From Pecten maximus (taxonomy: Eukaryota): a DNA stretch of 64,000 nucleotides. The stretch's first letter is position 1. Every line of letters starts with the position of its first letter. The DNA is taken from the NCBI RefSeq assembly GCF_902652985.1, contig NC_047018.1:30132001-30196000 (forward strand). The letters are read 5' to 3'. The notes beneath the pieces were generated by a model. It was not told the DNA's origin, made no database searches, and saw only the letters and a list, made by a program, of their open reading frames with translations. The translations under genes and the position numbers were made by a program. Below, piece by piece: positions 37,821 through 50,200 of this stretch.

Positions 37821-38218
37821 GTTTACCAAAATGCAGTACCTAATATCATGTCCCACGTACAATGTAAATCCACACAGATCTATTTCCAAGATCTATACCC
37901 AATTTCAATAATAATCTGTTAAAGTTAAATAATGACAAAAGGTATTCGTCGGAATGGTTAGAATTACAAGGCTAATATATATAGATCCTAACACTGTACT
38001 GCTATCATAAACATTAGGTATTTTGTACACAATAATAAATCGCGATTATCTCCCTTAGACCATGAAGATCGCCACATCGCAAGATCTGTGCTAATTATAC
38101 GCAGTTAATGAAGATGGAGCATAGAAAGCCAACTATAGGACAAAATTTCCACTGTTAGTGACCACTTAACTCGATTAACTTGCTACGGGACTTACAATTT
38201 ACTCATGTTGGCACTGTT

Positions 38219-38803
38219 TCACTGTAGCATTATCGTCTTCGCTTGAGAGCCTATCGCCGATCTGACGCTCCTCGCATATTTTTTCATGCCCATCGAATTT
38301 AAGTGAACGTTATCTCTCGCGTAGAGTGCCCTAGAGTCTTGCCAGAAACCTCGATGTTTCCAAAACACAATAGTGATCCCATCTACCGAAGATGCTAGCG
38401 AATTGTTGACTACAGGAAGTTTTGTGTTGTACTCGCCATTGTCGTTAAAACGAGGCAGTAACTGTCCGATTACAACTCTCCGAACCGAGGGCGCGTTCGA
38501 AACACGGTACGCCAAGTTCAGTATGGCATTTGCTAGATCAACTGGATGACAGCTAGGCTTTGATAAATCGTTGCCTCCAGCTTGTATGAACACAATATCG
38601 GGAGGATAGGACGTATATATATCCGAAGGAAGTTGTAAACACTTTGGGCCTGGGTATACAGTACCTCCACCGACACCAGTACACGAAACTTGAATCACGT
38701 TTCCGTCAAAGTTGAAATTATTAAAATCATTGTCAGGAGTAGACGCAAAACAGCCTAATCGACGTACAAAAGAATGTCCTAGCACTAAGGCAAGCAAAAC
38801 CAT
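38219..38803 (-). CDS. SGNH/GDSL-family hydrolase carried by the Ngaro element
   Basis: 194 aa; block I VLGHSF (Ser), block II GVGG, block III QAGGNDL, block V DNVH (DxxH); lies inside the A1-B2 boundaries. Confidence 0.9.
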   Translation of the reverse strand: MVLLALVLGHSFVRRLGCFASTPDNDFNNFNFDGNVIQVSCTGVGGGTVYPGPKCLQLPSDIYTSYPPDIVFIQAGGNDLSKPSCHPVDLANAILNLAYRVSNAPSVRRVVIGQLLPRFNDNGEYNTKLPVVNNSLASSVDGITIVFWKHRGFWQDSRALYARDNVHLNSMGMKKYARSVRSAIGSQAKTIMLQ

Positions 38804-39019
38804 TCTTAAAATCTATATGAGGCGGGATATTCCGATCGCCGTATATAAATACCTCCGTAGGCTAGCTAGGCCTAACAGGCATATAAAAACCGGATTGAAT
38901 TTACCTTGTAGCAGCGAGATATCCTCCTTATGTAACCACCAGGGTCTGTCTTACAGATGGACGTAAAACACAAATCGAAAAGTTCGATTTCCACTTCAAA
39001 TAAAAGAAAATCAAAAGTC

Positions 39020-39403
39020 AAATCAAAAGTGTTAAAAAACTTCCATCAGTGGAGATAAACTTTTACACTTGATTTTCCCAATGGAGGTGACGCTACTGAG
39101 GGTCAATCTCCTCTGTGATAGGTCCGGTGGCTGGGCTACGTGGCTGCTGATTGGCTGACCAATCACACGCTTCTATCCCTTAAGCCAAAATGACCAGAGG
39201 TCAGTCAAGTCCTGGGAATTTTCCATCACGTGGCCCAGACATGGACCTCCTTCTTGACCCCTCAATGTTAGCCCATTTACATAAAAACCAGAACAATGGG
39301 AGATGCGAGTGGTGCCAATGCCCCTCTCAACATATAATAAACAAACAATTACAGACTGACATAAATGTATTTATTTATACAGATATAAATAAATGTTATT
39401 TAT
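39020..39403 (-). repeat. Split direct repeat A1 (5' terminus, probable promoter)
   Basis: Matches 31429-31812; contains the dyad GATTGGCTGACCAATC with CCAAT boxes on both strands. Confidence 0.95.
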
Positions 39404-40194
39404 ATGTGAGATTTCAAGTGACACCGTGTAGGAACTGGTCGGGGCCACTACATCAAGATATTCAGAGTACTATGTTGAGTCCACGGGGTACGGTGTAACG
39501 ATTGTCACTTCAAAAGCAATGACATAAAAATGATATAATTCAATTAAGTAAGTCAAAACTTCCACACAGTTTAATGGTTTTATTTAAAAGTTGTTTTTTT
39601 TTTTTTTTTATTTTTTTTTTTTTTTATTTTTAATTTTTGAAGACATTTTTAATACATGAATAGATAATAACCTCATGCACACATACATACCCTCAAACAT
39701 ACACACATCAGTTCCAGAATGTATGGTTTGCCATTATATATCATCATGATCAGAATAACCTCAAGATCTTTCATTGTCTTAAAAGCAACCTCATCCGCAT
39801 CATCATACTCATCATCACCATCGTAATCACATCATCATACAAGTCAACATACTCTCATCATCATAGTATCATCACCATAATCTCATCATACTCATCATAA
39901 TAATTAATCATCATTCTAATCATCTTCATAATATCATCATCATTAACTACAAAGGTAAATGCATGTACATAGGAGACCATACAAACTCCTATAAATGTGA
40001 ATGTACTCTGATAGACATACATGTACATACACATATTCAGTTTCCTGGTAGCCTGATCAATCCTATTGAGGGCTCAGTTTCTGTGTTGGTCATATCAACT
40101 CTATCCACGTCTACCGAGTCATCAGCAGGATTGACCACGCTCCACACTGATAAGTACCTCTTACACACACACACACACACACACACAATTGGAA

Positions 40195-40225
<31 letters not shown>

Positions 40226-40376
40226 GGATAGACAAAGAAGATAGACAAAGGATGGGACCATTTAATACATAAAATTAAAATAATATACCTTGAAAGGAGA
40301 TGGAAAGTAATTATTATCTGCTTATTTAATGAGTATCAGCAACACAGCACTGGAGAAAAAAAAAGAGATATGGTAA

Positions 40377-43300
40377 TTATAAGTCGGAGATTTTCCCCCA
40401 GTTTTTCCACTCTTTTTCAAACTTTTCCCTACAGGCTTCTCCTTTACTATATGCAATAAATTTTTGCGTCTCATGATATTGTTTAAGAGCACTTATCAGA
40501 CCATTGATGTTTAAAGACTTGTGAAAACATCGCATTTTATAAATATATTGTTTGATAACAAGGAGAATTTCATTGTCAACTTTACAGTTATTAGGATTTT
40601 GAGATAGTAGTCCAAAAATAAAAGATTGCTTATTGAAATTAAATGGGATAAAAAGAGCATCTAATAAAATTCTAAGACTTTCTAATAAGTTCTGAACTTC
40701 ACAACATTCCCACAAGATATGTATGATAGTTTCAATTTCAGAATTGCATAAAGTACAAAGAGGAGAAATTACTAGCTGTGATTTGAAAAGAAAAGAGTTT
40801 GTGGTTAAGATGTGATGATTAACTCTGTACTGAAACCACTGAAGTTTGGTATTTTTTGTAGCAATAAAGGGAATCTTGAATATCCTAGTCCAAGTTGTAT
40901 CATTCAAGTTAAAAACTTCATTCCACTTCTTTTTACCTGTAGGAACATTGTTATTTTTAATAAAAATATTATAGAAATCCTTTGAGCCTTTTCTGTGTTT
41001 CATGAATAATTCTATGTTCATTGGCAAACAAGGATATGGGATTTTTAATACAGGAATTTCTTTTGAAGACAAAAACTTTCTTACTGCTGACAAAAGGCTA
41101 TGATACTGAAGAAAATTAGTTTTTACTTGATATGTGCGAGTTACTTCTTGGAAAGTGTGAAAACATCCAGTATTATGATCTGATATCAAGTCATTTATCA
41201 TAATTATGTTTTTGTTATAGAAATTCTTAAAAAATACTGATTTCTGGCCAACAGTTATATCTTTATTAAACCATAGTGGTGTTTTTAGGATAGAATCTTT
41301 CATAATGCTATTTTTTTCGATTGATAGATTTAAATTGTACCAGGCTTTAAACACATCAGCCCAGAATATATTACTGCAACTTTTTGCACATTTCTGCACA
41401 TAATCATTGCCACAATTGGCTAGCAAATCAATGTTAATGTAACTTTTCAAAATAGCTTGCCACTTGGCTGTAGTTTGAAAAAGCCTTCTCACCCAAGATA
41501 ATTTTAATGAATCTATAAAAGCTTTTATATTTATCATTTTTAAACCACCATTTAGATAATCTTGAACAATAAATTCTCTTTTTACTTTATCTGTTTTGCT
41601 ATTCCACAAAAATTCAAAAAGAATGGAATTTAGTGTTGAAGTAAACTGTTCATTAGGACTAGGGAGTGAAATAAAGAGATGGTTAAATGTGAAATGAGGA
41701 GCGATTTAATAATATGGATTCTACCGATAGGGGTCAAAACTCTTCTTTTCCAGGTTTTAAGAAAAGACTTTAATTTAATTAGTTTTTTATCGAAATTCAG
41801 TTTTGGTATCTCATGTAGGTTGACATGAAATTCAATCCCCAATAGCGTAAATTTGTGTTTGCCCCATTGCAAATTAAGATCTGGTAGGAAAGTATCGTCA
41901 CTGAACTTTTTACTACCTATCCAAATTACCTGTGTTTTAGAAACATTAATTTTAAGACCAGAAATTTTAGCGTATAAATTAAGTTCATTAACTGATTCTT
42001 TAAGAGATATCTCTGAGCCGTTCAATGCCAAAGATGTATCATCTGCATATTGTGAGAGTAGGATCGGACTTCTATTGACTTCAATGCCTGTTATATTTTT
42101 ATTATGTCGTAATTTGATAGCTAATATTTCTGCACATAGGATAAAGATATACGGGGCTATCGGGTCACCCTGTCGGCATCCCCTTTTAACATTGAAGAAT
42201 GAAGACAAGTTTCCTCCCTGAATGATTGCGGCACTGACATTTTTGTGAAATACATTTATCCAATTTCGTATGTTTTCCCCAAAACCAAAAAATTTTAATA
42301 CTTTTTCAATAAACTCCCATGAGACTGAATCAAAGGCTTTTTGGAAATCTATCATAAGCAGCATCCCTGGAATATTATTATCCTCTGTATATTTCATTAA
42401 ATCATAAACTAACCGTGTATTTTCCCCAATATATCGTCCAGCGAGAAAACCTGTCTGATCCTTATCTATAATTTTGTCTAAAACTGTTTTTATTCTATGT
42501 GTAATTGTTCCAGATGCTATTTTATATATCACAGTGAGTAATGTAATTGGTCTCCAGTTTTTTATAAAATGCCTTGGTTTGTCTCCCTTTGGTATGCAAG
42601 TCACAATTCCACGACGTTGAGAAATAGATAATTCACCTTTTTTGTACCCTGAATTTATAGATCTTACCACAAAATTACCCAAATATTTCCAAAAACATTT
42701 AAAGAACTCAGCTGTAAAACCATCTATGCCAGGACTCTTGTTGTTTTTCATGCTTTTTAATGTTTTTCCTGCTTCTTCTAGAGTTATAGGACCTTCTAAC
42801 TTTTCAGCATCTTGTCTATTTAGTTTACAAACATTACAATCTTTTAACAAATCTTGCAAGTGAACATCTTCTATTTCATTTTCATCATTATAAAGATTTT
42901 CATAAAAACTGCGAACTTCATCTAAGATTTCATCTTGCTTTGTAATAACTTTTCCATCATCTAATTGCAATTTAGGAATTATTTTCGAGGTAAAATTTCT
43001 ATTTTCCAAATTAAAAAAGTAGTTAGTTGGTTTCTCACCCTCTTCAATCCATTTAGCTCTTGATCTTACTATACTGCCTTTAATTCTATGTTGTCTTATT
43101 TTTTCTAATTCTTTCTTTTTAGATTCTAATTGTGCAAAATTAATATCATCTTCTTCAAGTTTTTGAATAGCTGTTTTTAAATTATTCTCATTAAGATTTC
43201 GTTGTTTCTTGAGATAGGTTGAATAAGAAATTGTTTTGCCTCTGATGTGTGTCAATAAGGTTTCTAGAAAGAGACAATCATCAATAGTAAACTGAAGGTC

Positions 43301-44172
43301 TGCATCTGGTATGCTTGATATATTGAAAAGATTATATAAAGGCAGACAGTTTATTCTTTTAGATTCCAAAATACATTCCTTAACAAGTTTTAGATAGTTT
43401 TGATCATGTAGTAAACTGTTATTAAATTTCCAAATACCTTTACCTGTTTTGAATTCAGTAAGTTTAAGAGATATTGATGGGAAAGAGTGGTCTGATCTGT
43501 ATCCTGTTTCTATGTTTGATTTTACTGTATTTGAAAGTAGGTTTTCAGTCAGAAGAAAAAAGTCTAGACGGGCCTGTTTTTTGGGGTTACTTCTCCTCCA
43601 GGAGTACCTTTTTAAATTCTCGTGATGTTCCCTAAAAATATCAATAAGAGAGAAATTATCAATAATTTCCAAAACTTTGTCCCTAGCTTTAGGATTATTG
43701 ATATGCTTATAACTATTATCATAGTCTAAACTGGGGTCTAAGACTAGGTTAAAGTCGCCACAGATGATAACATATTTATTGTTAAAGTCTTCAACTGTCT
43801 CAGATATAAGATTATAAAATGCAGGGTTATCTTCATTTGGACCATACAAGTTAATGAGTGTTATGTTAAAATTTTCAATGCCAATTGCTAGTGCAATAAA
43901 ATTACCATTAGGTCCTCTTCTCTCTTTAAATATTTTAAATTCAAAATTATTTTTAAATAAAATGGCAACACCCCTCGAGTTGGATTTGTAAGAACTGAAA
44001 AAACACTGGTAACCCCACTGATTTCTAATGATACCTTCGTTTTCTTCAGTAAAGTGTGTATCTTGTAAACATATAATATTGCATTGCATTGATCGAAAGT
44101 AAGAAAAAATATCAGTTCGTTTAGTTTTTTCTCCAATGCCGCGACAATTTGCTGATATAATCGAAATGCTAT
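40377..44172 (-). CDS. L1 ORF2 (APE endonuclease-RT-CCHC), one frameshift near 41688; N-terminus probably supplied by splicing
   Basis: ISIISANCRGI, LQDTH, GDFN, RLDFF, SDH (APE); NWRPITLL, RQGDPIAP, QYADD (RT); CTLCNSEIETIIHILWEC; a 1-nt shift restores FNHLFISLPSP and joins the two listed ORFs. Confidence 0.9.
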
Positions 44173-45239
44173 CTACGGTATAAACACAAAGCTATCAAAT
44201 TAACTGTCCCCATCCCGAGAACAAAGAAAGAAAGAGAAAGAGACAGCGAGTAGATAGAAAGAAATAGACTGTATAAAGACATAAAATACATACGTGAGGT
44301 CAACGACCTAAAGACCACTGCCAACCTAACATACTACACACGTTTTCTTTCTGAAACAGCATCTACACCACCATATTGTTGTCAGACAAGAGTTATCTTA
44401 CCGGAAGTTGTATAATACATTTCCGGACTTGGTGTAATCCGGAAAAGAGATATCGTATGCATTTTATATAAAGTACCAATATTTAATGTGTTAACGTTGT
44501 AGGTAACCCTACAGCTGTCACTGATTATTTAACACCGTTGTACATTGTAACTTTGACAGGATTTTGCACAAGAACAATAAATACAACCCATACTGATTTT
44601 TTTCCCTTGAAAATTAGATAAAACATATACAATATAGACCTAGATGAATATAAACCAGAAAAATATATACATTGTAGCTACTCTTATGCCACAAACAACC
44701 AGTATAATGTATGTACATGTACGTAGTCAAACAGACTGGCAAGAAATTCGAGCATGTACTGAATAAATCTTATATCTAAAAACAGTGGATAAATAAAAGA
44801 GAAACATTGGTATTTGAAAGAAGTGTACAAAAAAAACAACAACAAAAAAACAAACAAAAAAACAGGGCAAGTATGTTCTGCCAGATGTTACTGATTATAT
44901 AATGGACAGACTCCAAAGAGATTAATGCACTTTTAGATGTATATTTCCACATATTGGAATGTGCGTAGAATTTTGAGTAAATAAAGGGGGAAAAAATCAC
45001 AGGCTACATATACAAAAAAGCTACATCTTACCTGGTGTTACAGAAATGTATGTCCCGTAATCACATGGAAAACACGCCACACACTAAGAAAAGACACACA
45101 TACACACGCGTACACATTATATTACCAATTAAATTCCAAACACTGTCAAAAGTTATCGGTATTAACCAGGAGGAATGAATTCCTGGCGGCACCGTGGTGC
45201 CAAAGTTCCATACCGATATATTATCCATTAAAATTAAGT

Positions 45240-46010
45240 CTACTGGAAGTTGGAATCATTCTTCAAAAAACTTTCGGTGAGCCGAGTACCCAGTGAAAGT
45301 CTCCTCTTTTTTCCATTTGATAGTATGGCAAAAAGCTTTCCGTCGATACTGAAAGAGTTTTTGACACAGGGAAGTTTGTAAGCATCCGCCAGTATCCTTT
45401 GATTGGTCCTTGTGAGATCCTCGAAAATAGTAATACCAGATTTTTTCAACTTGTACCGGGATTTTATCACTTCGTTTCGTTTGAAACGGCGCACAAATTT
45501 CACAATGATATTTCTGGGTCTGTCTTTGTTAAATTTTCCTAGTCTGTGAGCAATGTCAATGTCAGAACTGGTAAGCTGCACATCAAGTTTTTCATTCACA
45601 AACTTTACAATTTTCTTAGCACAGTCTTCAGCAGTTTCCGAGTCTGATGAGTCTTCCAGGCCATTTATTCTGAGTGAGTTTTTCCTCCCATGCTGCTCTA
45701 AATCATTACTCCTCGCCTCCATGATTTCATTCGAATTTTGCAGTTCAGCAACTTTTCCCTCAAGACTGCTAACATTCTGGCGTAAATTTTCATTTTCTGT
45801 CTCAAGATCAAAGACCCTTCCTTTCAGCTCCTCTACCAGTTGTTTGTTCTCTGCTCTGATAGCTTCCTTTAGCTTGTTGTATCTTTCCTCCATGTACTGC
45901 TTAGTAACTACATTGGACAGCATTTCAGTTATTTCCTCTAGTCTGTCATCAATGGTTTTTTCCGATCCTGACTTTGTACTTCCATTTCTATGACGATTGC
46001 CGGTAGGCAT
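45240..46010 (-). CDS. L1 ORF1 (coiled coil + RRM + CTD)
   Basis: 256 aa; heptad-rich region followed by RKNSLRINGL, DIDIAHRLG, PRNIIVKF, IFEDLT. Confidence 0.9.
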   Translation of the reverse strand: MPTGNRHRNGSTKSGSEKTIDDRLEEITEMLSNVVTKQYMEERYNKLKEAIRAENKQLVEELKGRVFDLETENENLRQNVSSLEGKVAELQNSNEIMEARSNDLEQHGRKNSLRINGLEDSSDSETAEDCAKKIVKFVNEKLDVQLTSSDIDIAHRLGKFNKDRPRNIIVKFVRRFKRNEVIKSRYKLKKSGITIFEDLTRTNQRILADAYKLPCVKNSFSIDGKLFAILSNGKKRRLSLGTRLTESFLKNDSNFQ

Positions 46011-46519
46011 ATTTACTCCTTTGTATAGTAGATAATACAGTTCATAAAGTGAATATAGTCAGTGTAGTCCAGGTAAATCTAGGTAAGTGTAGTGTTGGTT
46101 AACAGTGTTCACCAGCTGGGTGTCAATCCATTGTTCAAATTTCACATGTCCAAAATCAACATTTTTAGAAAAAAAGATCCAGAGATATTTTTACGAGGAT
46201 GGTGACGGTTCACTCGCACATTATTATGCCAAAAAAGATCATACGCAGTTTCCAATAAATCGATGAAAATAGGTTTTTTGTCAGAGCTCCAAAAAAGGTG
46301 AACTACCCAGATCTGTGTGACCTTGACCTTCTCTTAAAAGTTGTTAACGTTTAAACATATTTTATTTGTTTCAAAAGCATTTAAGGATTAGTTATTACAA
46401 CATTACTAAGGCCTTCTCCACATACATAATATATAGATTGAGATATAGCATAATGTGATCACAATGAATACCATTTTATTACGAAAATAATTCAAACAGA
46501 TATATGTCTTATCATATTA

Positions 46520-47090
46520 CCGAAACCTTTGACAGGATTTTATATAATTTTGCACATTTCTAAAAATGTTTGTGTTAACATTTATTGTCAGATTTTCATT
46601 TCCTTTGAGTAGTAAGCCTAAATCAGTGACAACCTCCAGATTTAAATTTTCTAAATTAGAGAAAAGGGTACGTCTTTGTGTATTATAATGAGGAGATGTG
46701 AAAAGGAAATGATAGGCATTCTCACAGAGATTTCCACAAGAACGGTTAGATTTACTCTAAAAGGATCACATTTTGAAACAACTACATTTGAACCTCAACT
46801 TAATATGCAAAACAAAATCCTTTCCCAAAACTGTACAAAGAAGGTGCATTTTAGCGATTTACTGGATGAGAAATAGCGGATTTAAAAACAGATAGAGAAG
46901 GAGACGATCTTATTTCCAAGTTCAAACTGTTCCAAGAAAGTAAAGTTGATGGTAAAAAAGAAGGTCGAGTACTGATCAGTCTATAGCTTGGAACCGCGAG
47001 ATCATTCCTGTATCTTGATAGATAGGGATTGTTTAACACAACACTAGGTGACAATAGGTCATTACGAAGACGAGGAGTGATACTATTTAT
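46520..47090 (-). pseudogene. Old 3' fragment of a CR1/L2-type LINE
   Basis: SFLPSTLLSWNSLNLEIRSSPSLSVFKS and SCGNLCENAYHFLF...HYNTQR motifs; degenerate. Confidence 0.7.
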
Positions 47091-48564
47091 GTTTGGTAGT
47101 TTGACAGTTAAGGACTAATCCTGATCAATTGAAAACAAGCATTAGTTGTTGTATATATTTATACAATACCAAACGTTACATGCTTTATCAAAATGAATGG
47201 AAACTTGAAGTGATTAAAAAATAAATTTGAAATTCTATCAATCCCCAACTCCATATTTAGAGTGTAACTATCGGTCTAACAGCCGTCATTATTAGGACAC
47301 TGCTATCATGTTTCCATCCCCTTGGTTTACTTGGTGCCATTTTAACCATTCTTTGTGACTAACAGTGTGTACACTGTCGGCGATGTAACATTACATCCAA
47401 TCTAATCACAAACATGATAACCAACATTATCTGCTCCAGTTATAAAACACATCTACTTTTACTGTATACATTAAGGTGAGTTTTTTCTCTCACAAAAACA
47501 GAAACATTGCGTACGTCATCAGTTATAAGATTTTGAGGTAAGTTTGGTGCGTAAAGCCTCCACAACGATTGTCGGGACGGCTGGAAACTGATTGACACAG
47601 TCTGAAAATTCGATCTGTTTAAAAGATCTCAAGATAAATCTGAACAATATAGTGTGTTACTCTTTATCACTGACCAGAACTTGACGGATCAAATAAAGGG
47701 CCCCAAACAACGCCCGTTATTGTGCATACCGACCTTGTGTACTTGTCGTGCTGGATTATACAAAAAAAAAACATCTTTATTTCCAAGTGTTTTTTTTATA
47801 AACGAATGTATCAATCTTCCTAATTTATTTAACAACTCCAAAGCATGTTTTCATGGTGTAATTTATAATCCATTTTGGATTATGCTAAGTCTTTTAGTGT
47901 TTTCTACAATATAATGCAAGTTTATGATCTTCTGGAAGCTTTAATTCTTTCTTGACATGACGTCCTTTTAATAATAAAATAATACGTTATTAGTGTTTAA
48001 GAAAAAATATGTTTCCTATTATCAGTACCAGTATATCATTTCTAACATACAATCAATAAGTAGTATCATTTCCGGTTCACCGGTACATGTGTCATGACCT
48101 TTTGAACTGCACTCTTATTTCCGGTTCACCGAGGTTGTAAAACTGGAATATTTGTTTTGTTGTATTGACAAATATTTAAACATTTTACCGGATGACACTT
48201 TAGAACACATAGTTATTTGAAACAAACAACATTGTTGTGAATGAAAACCGCAGCCGATAACACTTATGATTGACAGTTAAAAACACATCCAGTATTATCC
48301 AGTACGTACACATTTCTACATTGTTTCCGCCGTCCGTAAGTTTAAATAACAAGCCTTGCTCCTTTCATTATTGACTGACAGTACATCATGGGACACTATC
48401 GTAGTACGGATGAGGAGATATCCATTAAATATTGTTATTCTAGTCTATCATATCGTCTTCCATTATGTATCGTTTATTTTACAAAATAGGAATATTTGAC
48501 TGCTTTTTTCACAGATTAAATGATTAAATAATGTTTTGTATCGAGTATGTCTTCCGTCTCCCTC

Positions 48565-49036
48565 CAACCTCGCACCCTCCCAAACCCCAACCATGACATC
48601 CTCGCACCCTCCCAAACCCCAACCATGACATCCACGCACCCTCCCAAACCCCAACCATGACATCCACGCACCCTCCCAAACCCCAACCATGACATCCACG
48701 CACCCTCCCAAACCCCAACCATGACATCCACGCACCCTCCCAAACCCCAACCACGATATCCTCGCACCCTCTCAAACCCCAACCATGACATCCTCGCACC
48801 CGCCCAAACCCAAACCATGACATCCACGCACCCTCCCAAACCCCAACCATGACATCATCGCACCCTCCCAAACCCCAACCACGATATCCTCGCACCCTCC
48901 CAAACGCCAACCACGACAGCATCGTACCCACCCAAACCCCAACCACGACATCAATGCACCCTCCCAAACCCCTACCACAACATCATCGCACCCTCTCAAA
49001 CCCCAACCATGACATCCTCGCACCCTCCTTAACCCA
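48565..49036. repeat. 32-bp C-rich minisatellite, ~14 copies
   Basis: CCCTCCCAAACCCCAACCATGACATCCACGCA units. Confidence 0.95.
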
Positions 49037-49234
49037 AACCAATCATTCTAGATAATATATTCTCTAAGAGGAGACGACATAGCTCCCGAATGGTCGGTTC
49101 CTCTGACAGTTTCGTGTCCCAGTGAACATGACGCATGTCTCATTAACCAAGTTGTCCGAGACAAAAATAACAGACGGAAATGCTACACGTAAACACTGCA
49201 TAGTTAATATTCTTATTACCTATTACATAAATGA

Positions 49235-50200
49235 TCATACAGGGACGTACAGGGACATACAGGGACATACAGGGACGTACAGGGACATACAGGGACATAC
49301 AGGGTCATACATGGACATATAAGGACATACAGGGACATACAGAGACGTACAGGGACGAACAGAATCATACAGAGACATACAGGGACATACAGAGACGTCA
49401 GGGACATACAGAGACATACAGGGACGTACAGGGTCATGCAGGGACATACATGGACATACAGAGACATACAGGGTCACACATGATCATACAGGGACGTACA
49501 GGGACATACAGGGACATATAGGGTCATACAGAGACATACAGAGACATACAGGGTCATACAGAGACATGCAGGGTCATAAAGGGACGTACAGGGTCATACA
49601 GGGACGTACATGGACATACAGGGTCATACAGAGACATACAGGGTCATACAGAGACATACAGGGACGTACATGGACATACAGGTCATACAGAGACATACAG
49701 GGTCATACAGGAACGTACAGGGTCATACAGGGACATACAGTGTCATACAGAGACATACAGGGTCATACAGGGACATACAGGGTAATACAGGGACAAACAG
49801 AGACATACAGGGACATACAGGGTCATACAGGAACGTACAGGGTCATACAGAGACATACACAAGGTCATACAGAGACATACAGGGTCATACAGGAACGTAC
49901 ATGGTCATACAGGGACGTACATGGTCATACAGAGACATAGAGGGTCATACAGGGACGTACAGGGTCATACAGGAACGTACATGGTCATACAGGGACGTAC
50001 ATGGTCGTACAGAGACATAGAGGGTCATACAGGGATGTACAGGGTCATACAGGAACGTACATGGTCATACAGGGACGTACAGGGTCATACAGAGACATAG
50101 AGGGTCATACAGGGACGTACAGGGTCATACAGGAACGTACAGGGTAATGCATGGGCATACAGGGTCATACAGGGTCATACAGGAACGTACAGGGTCGTAC
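49235..50200. repeat. 10-bp minisatellite, ~95 variant copies
   Basis: AGGGACATAC / AGGGTCATAC / AGAGACATAC / AGGAACGTAC variants. Confidence 0.95.

Larger units (their letters stand above)
31048..39403 (-). mobile_element. Ngaro-type (DIRS order) tyrosine-recombinase retrotransposon with split direct repeats, apparently intact
   Basis: Element-sense order A1-hydrolase-gag-pol-YR-B1-A2-spacer-B2; overlapping uninterrupted ORFs; repeat pairs look identical by eye. Confidence 0.95.
39596..46333 (-). mobile_element. Full-length L1-clade (Tx1-like) non-LTR retrotransposon
   Basis: 12-bp target duplication TTAAAAGTTGTT at 39584-39595 and 46334-46345; poly(A) tail seen as a T run at 39596-~39638; ORF1 and ORF2 present. 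Confidence 0.94.

Noticed and set aside
40055-40136. Hammerhead ribozyme in the L1 3' UTR
   Set aside because: CUGAUGA and GAAA are present, but stem II is not closed and the NUH site is out of register with stem I
48463-50020. Multiple overlapping ORFs on both strands
   Set aside because: Artefacts of the 32-bp and 10-bp minisatellites
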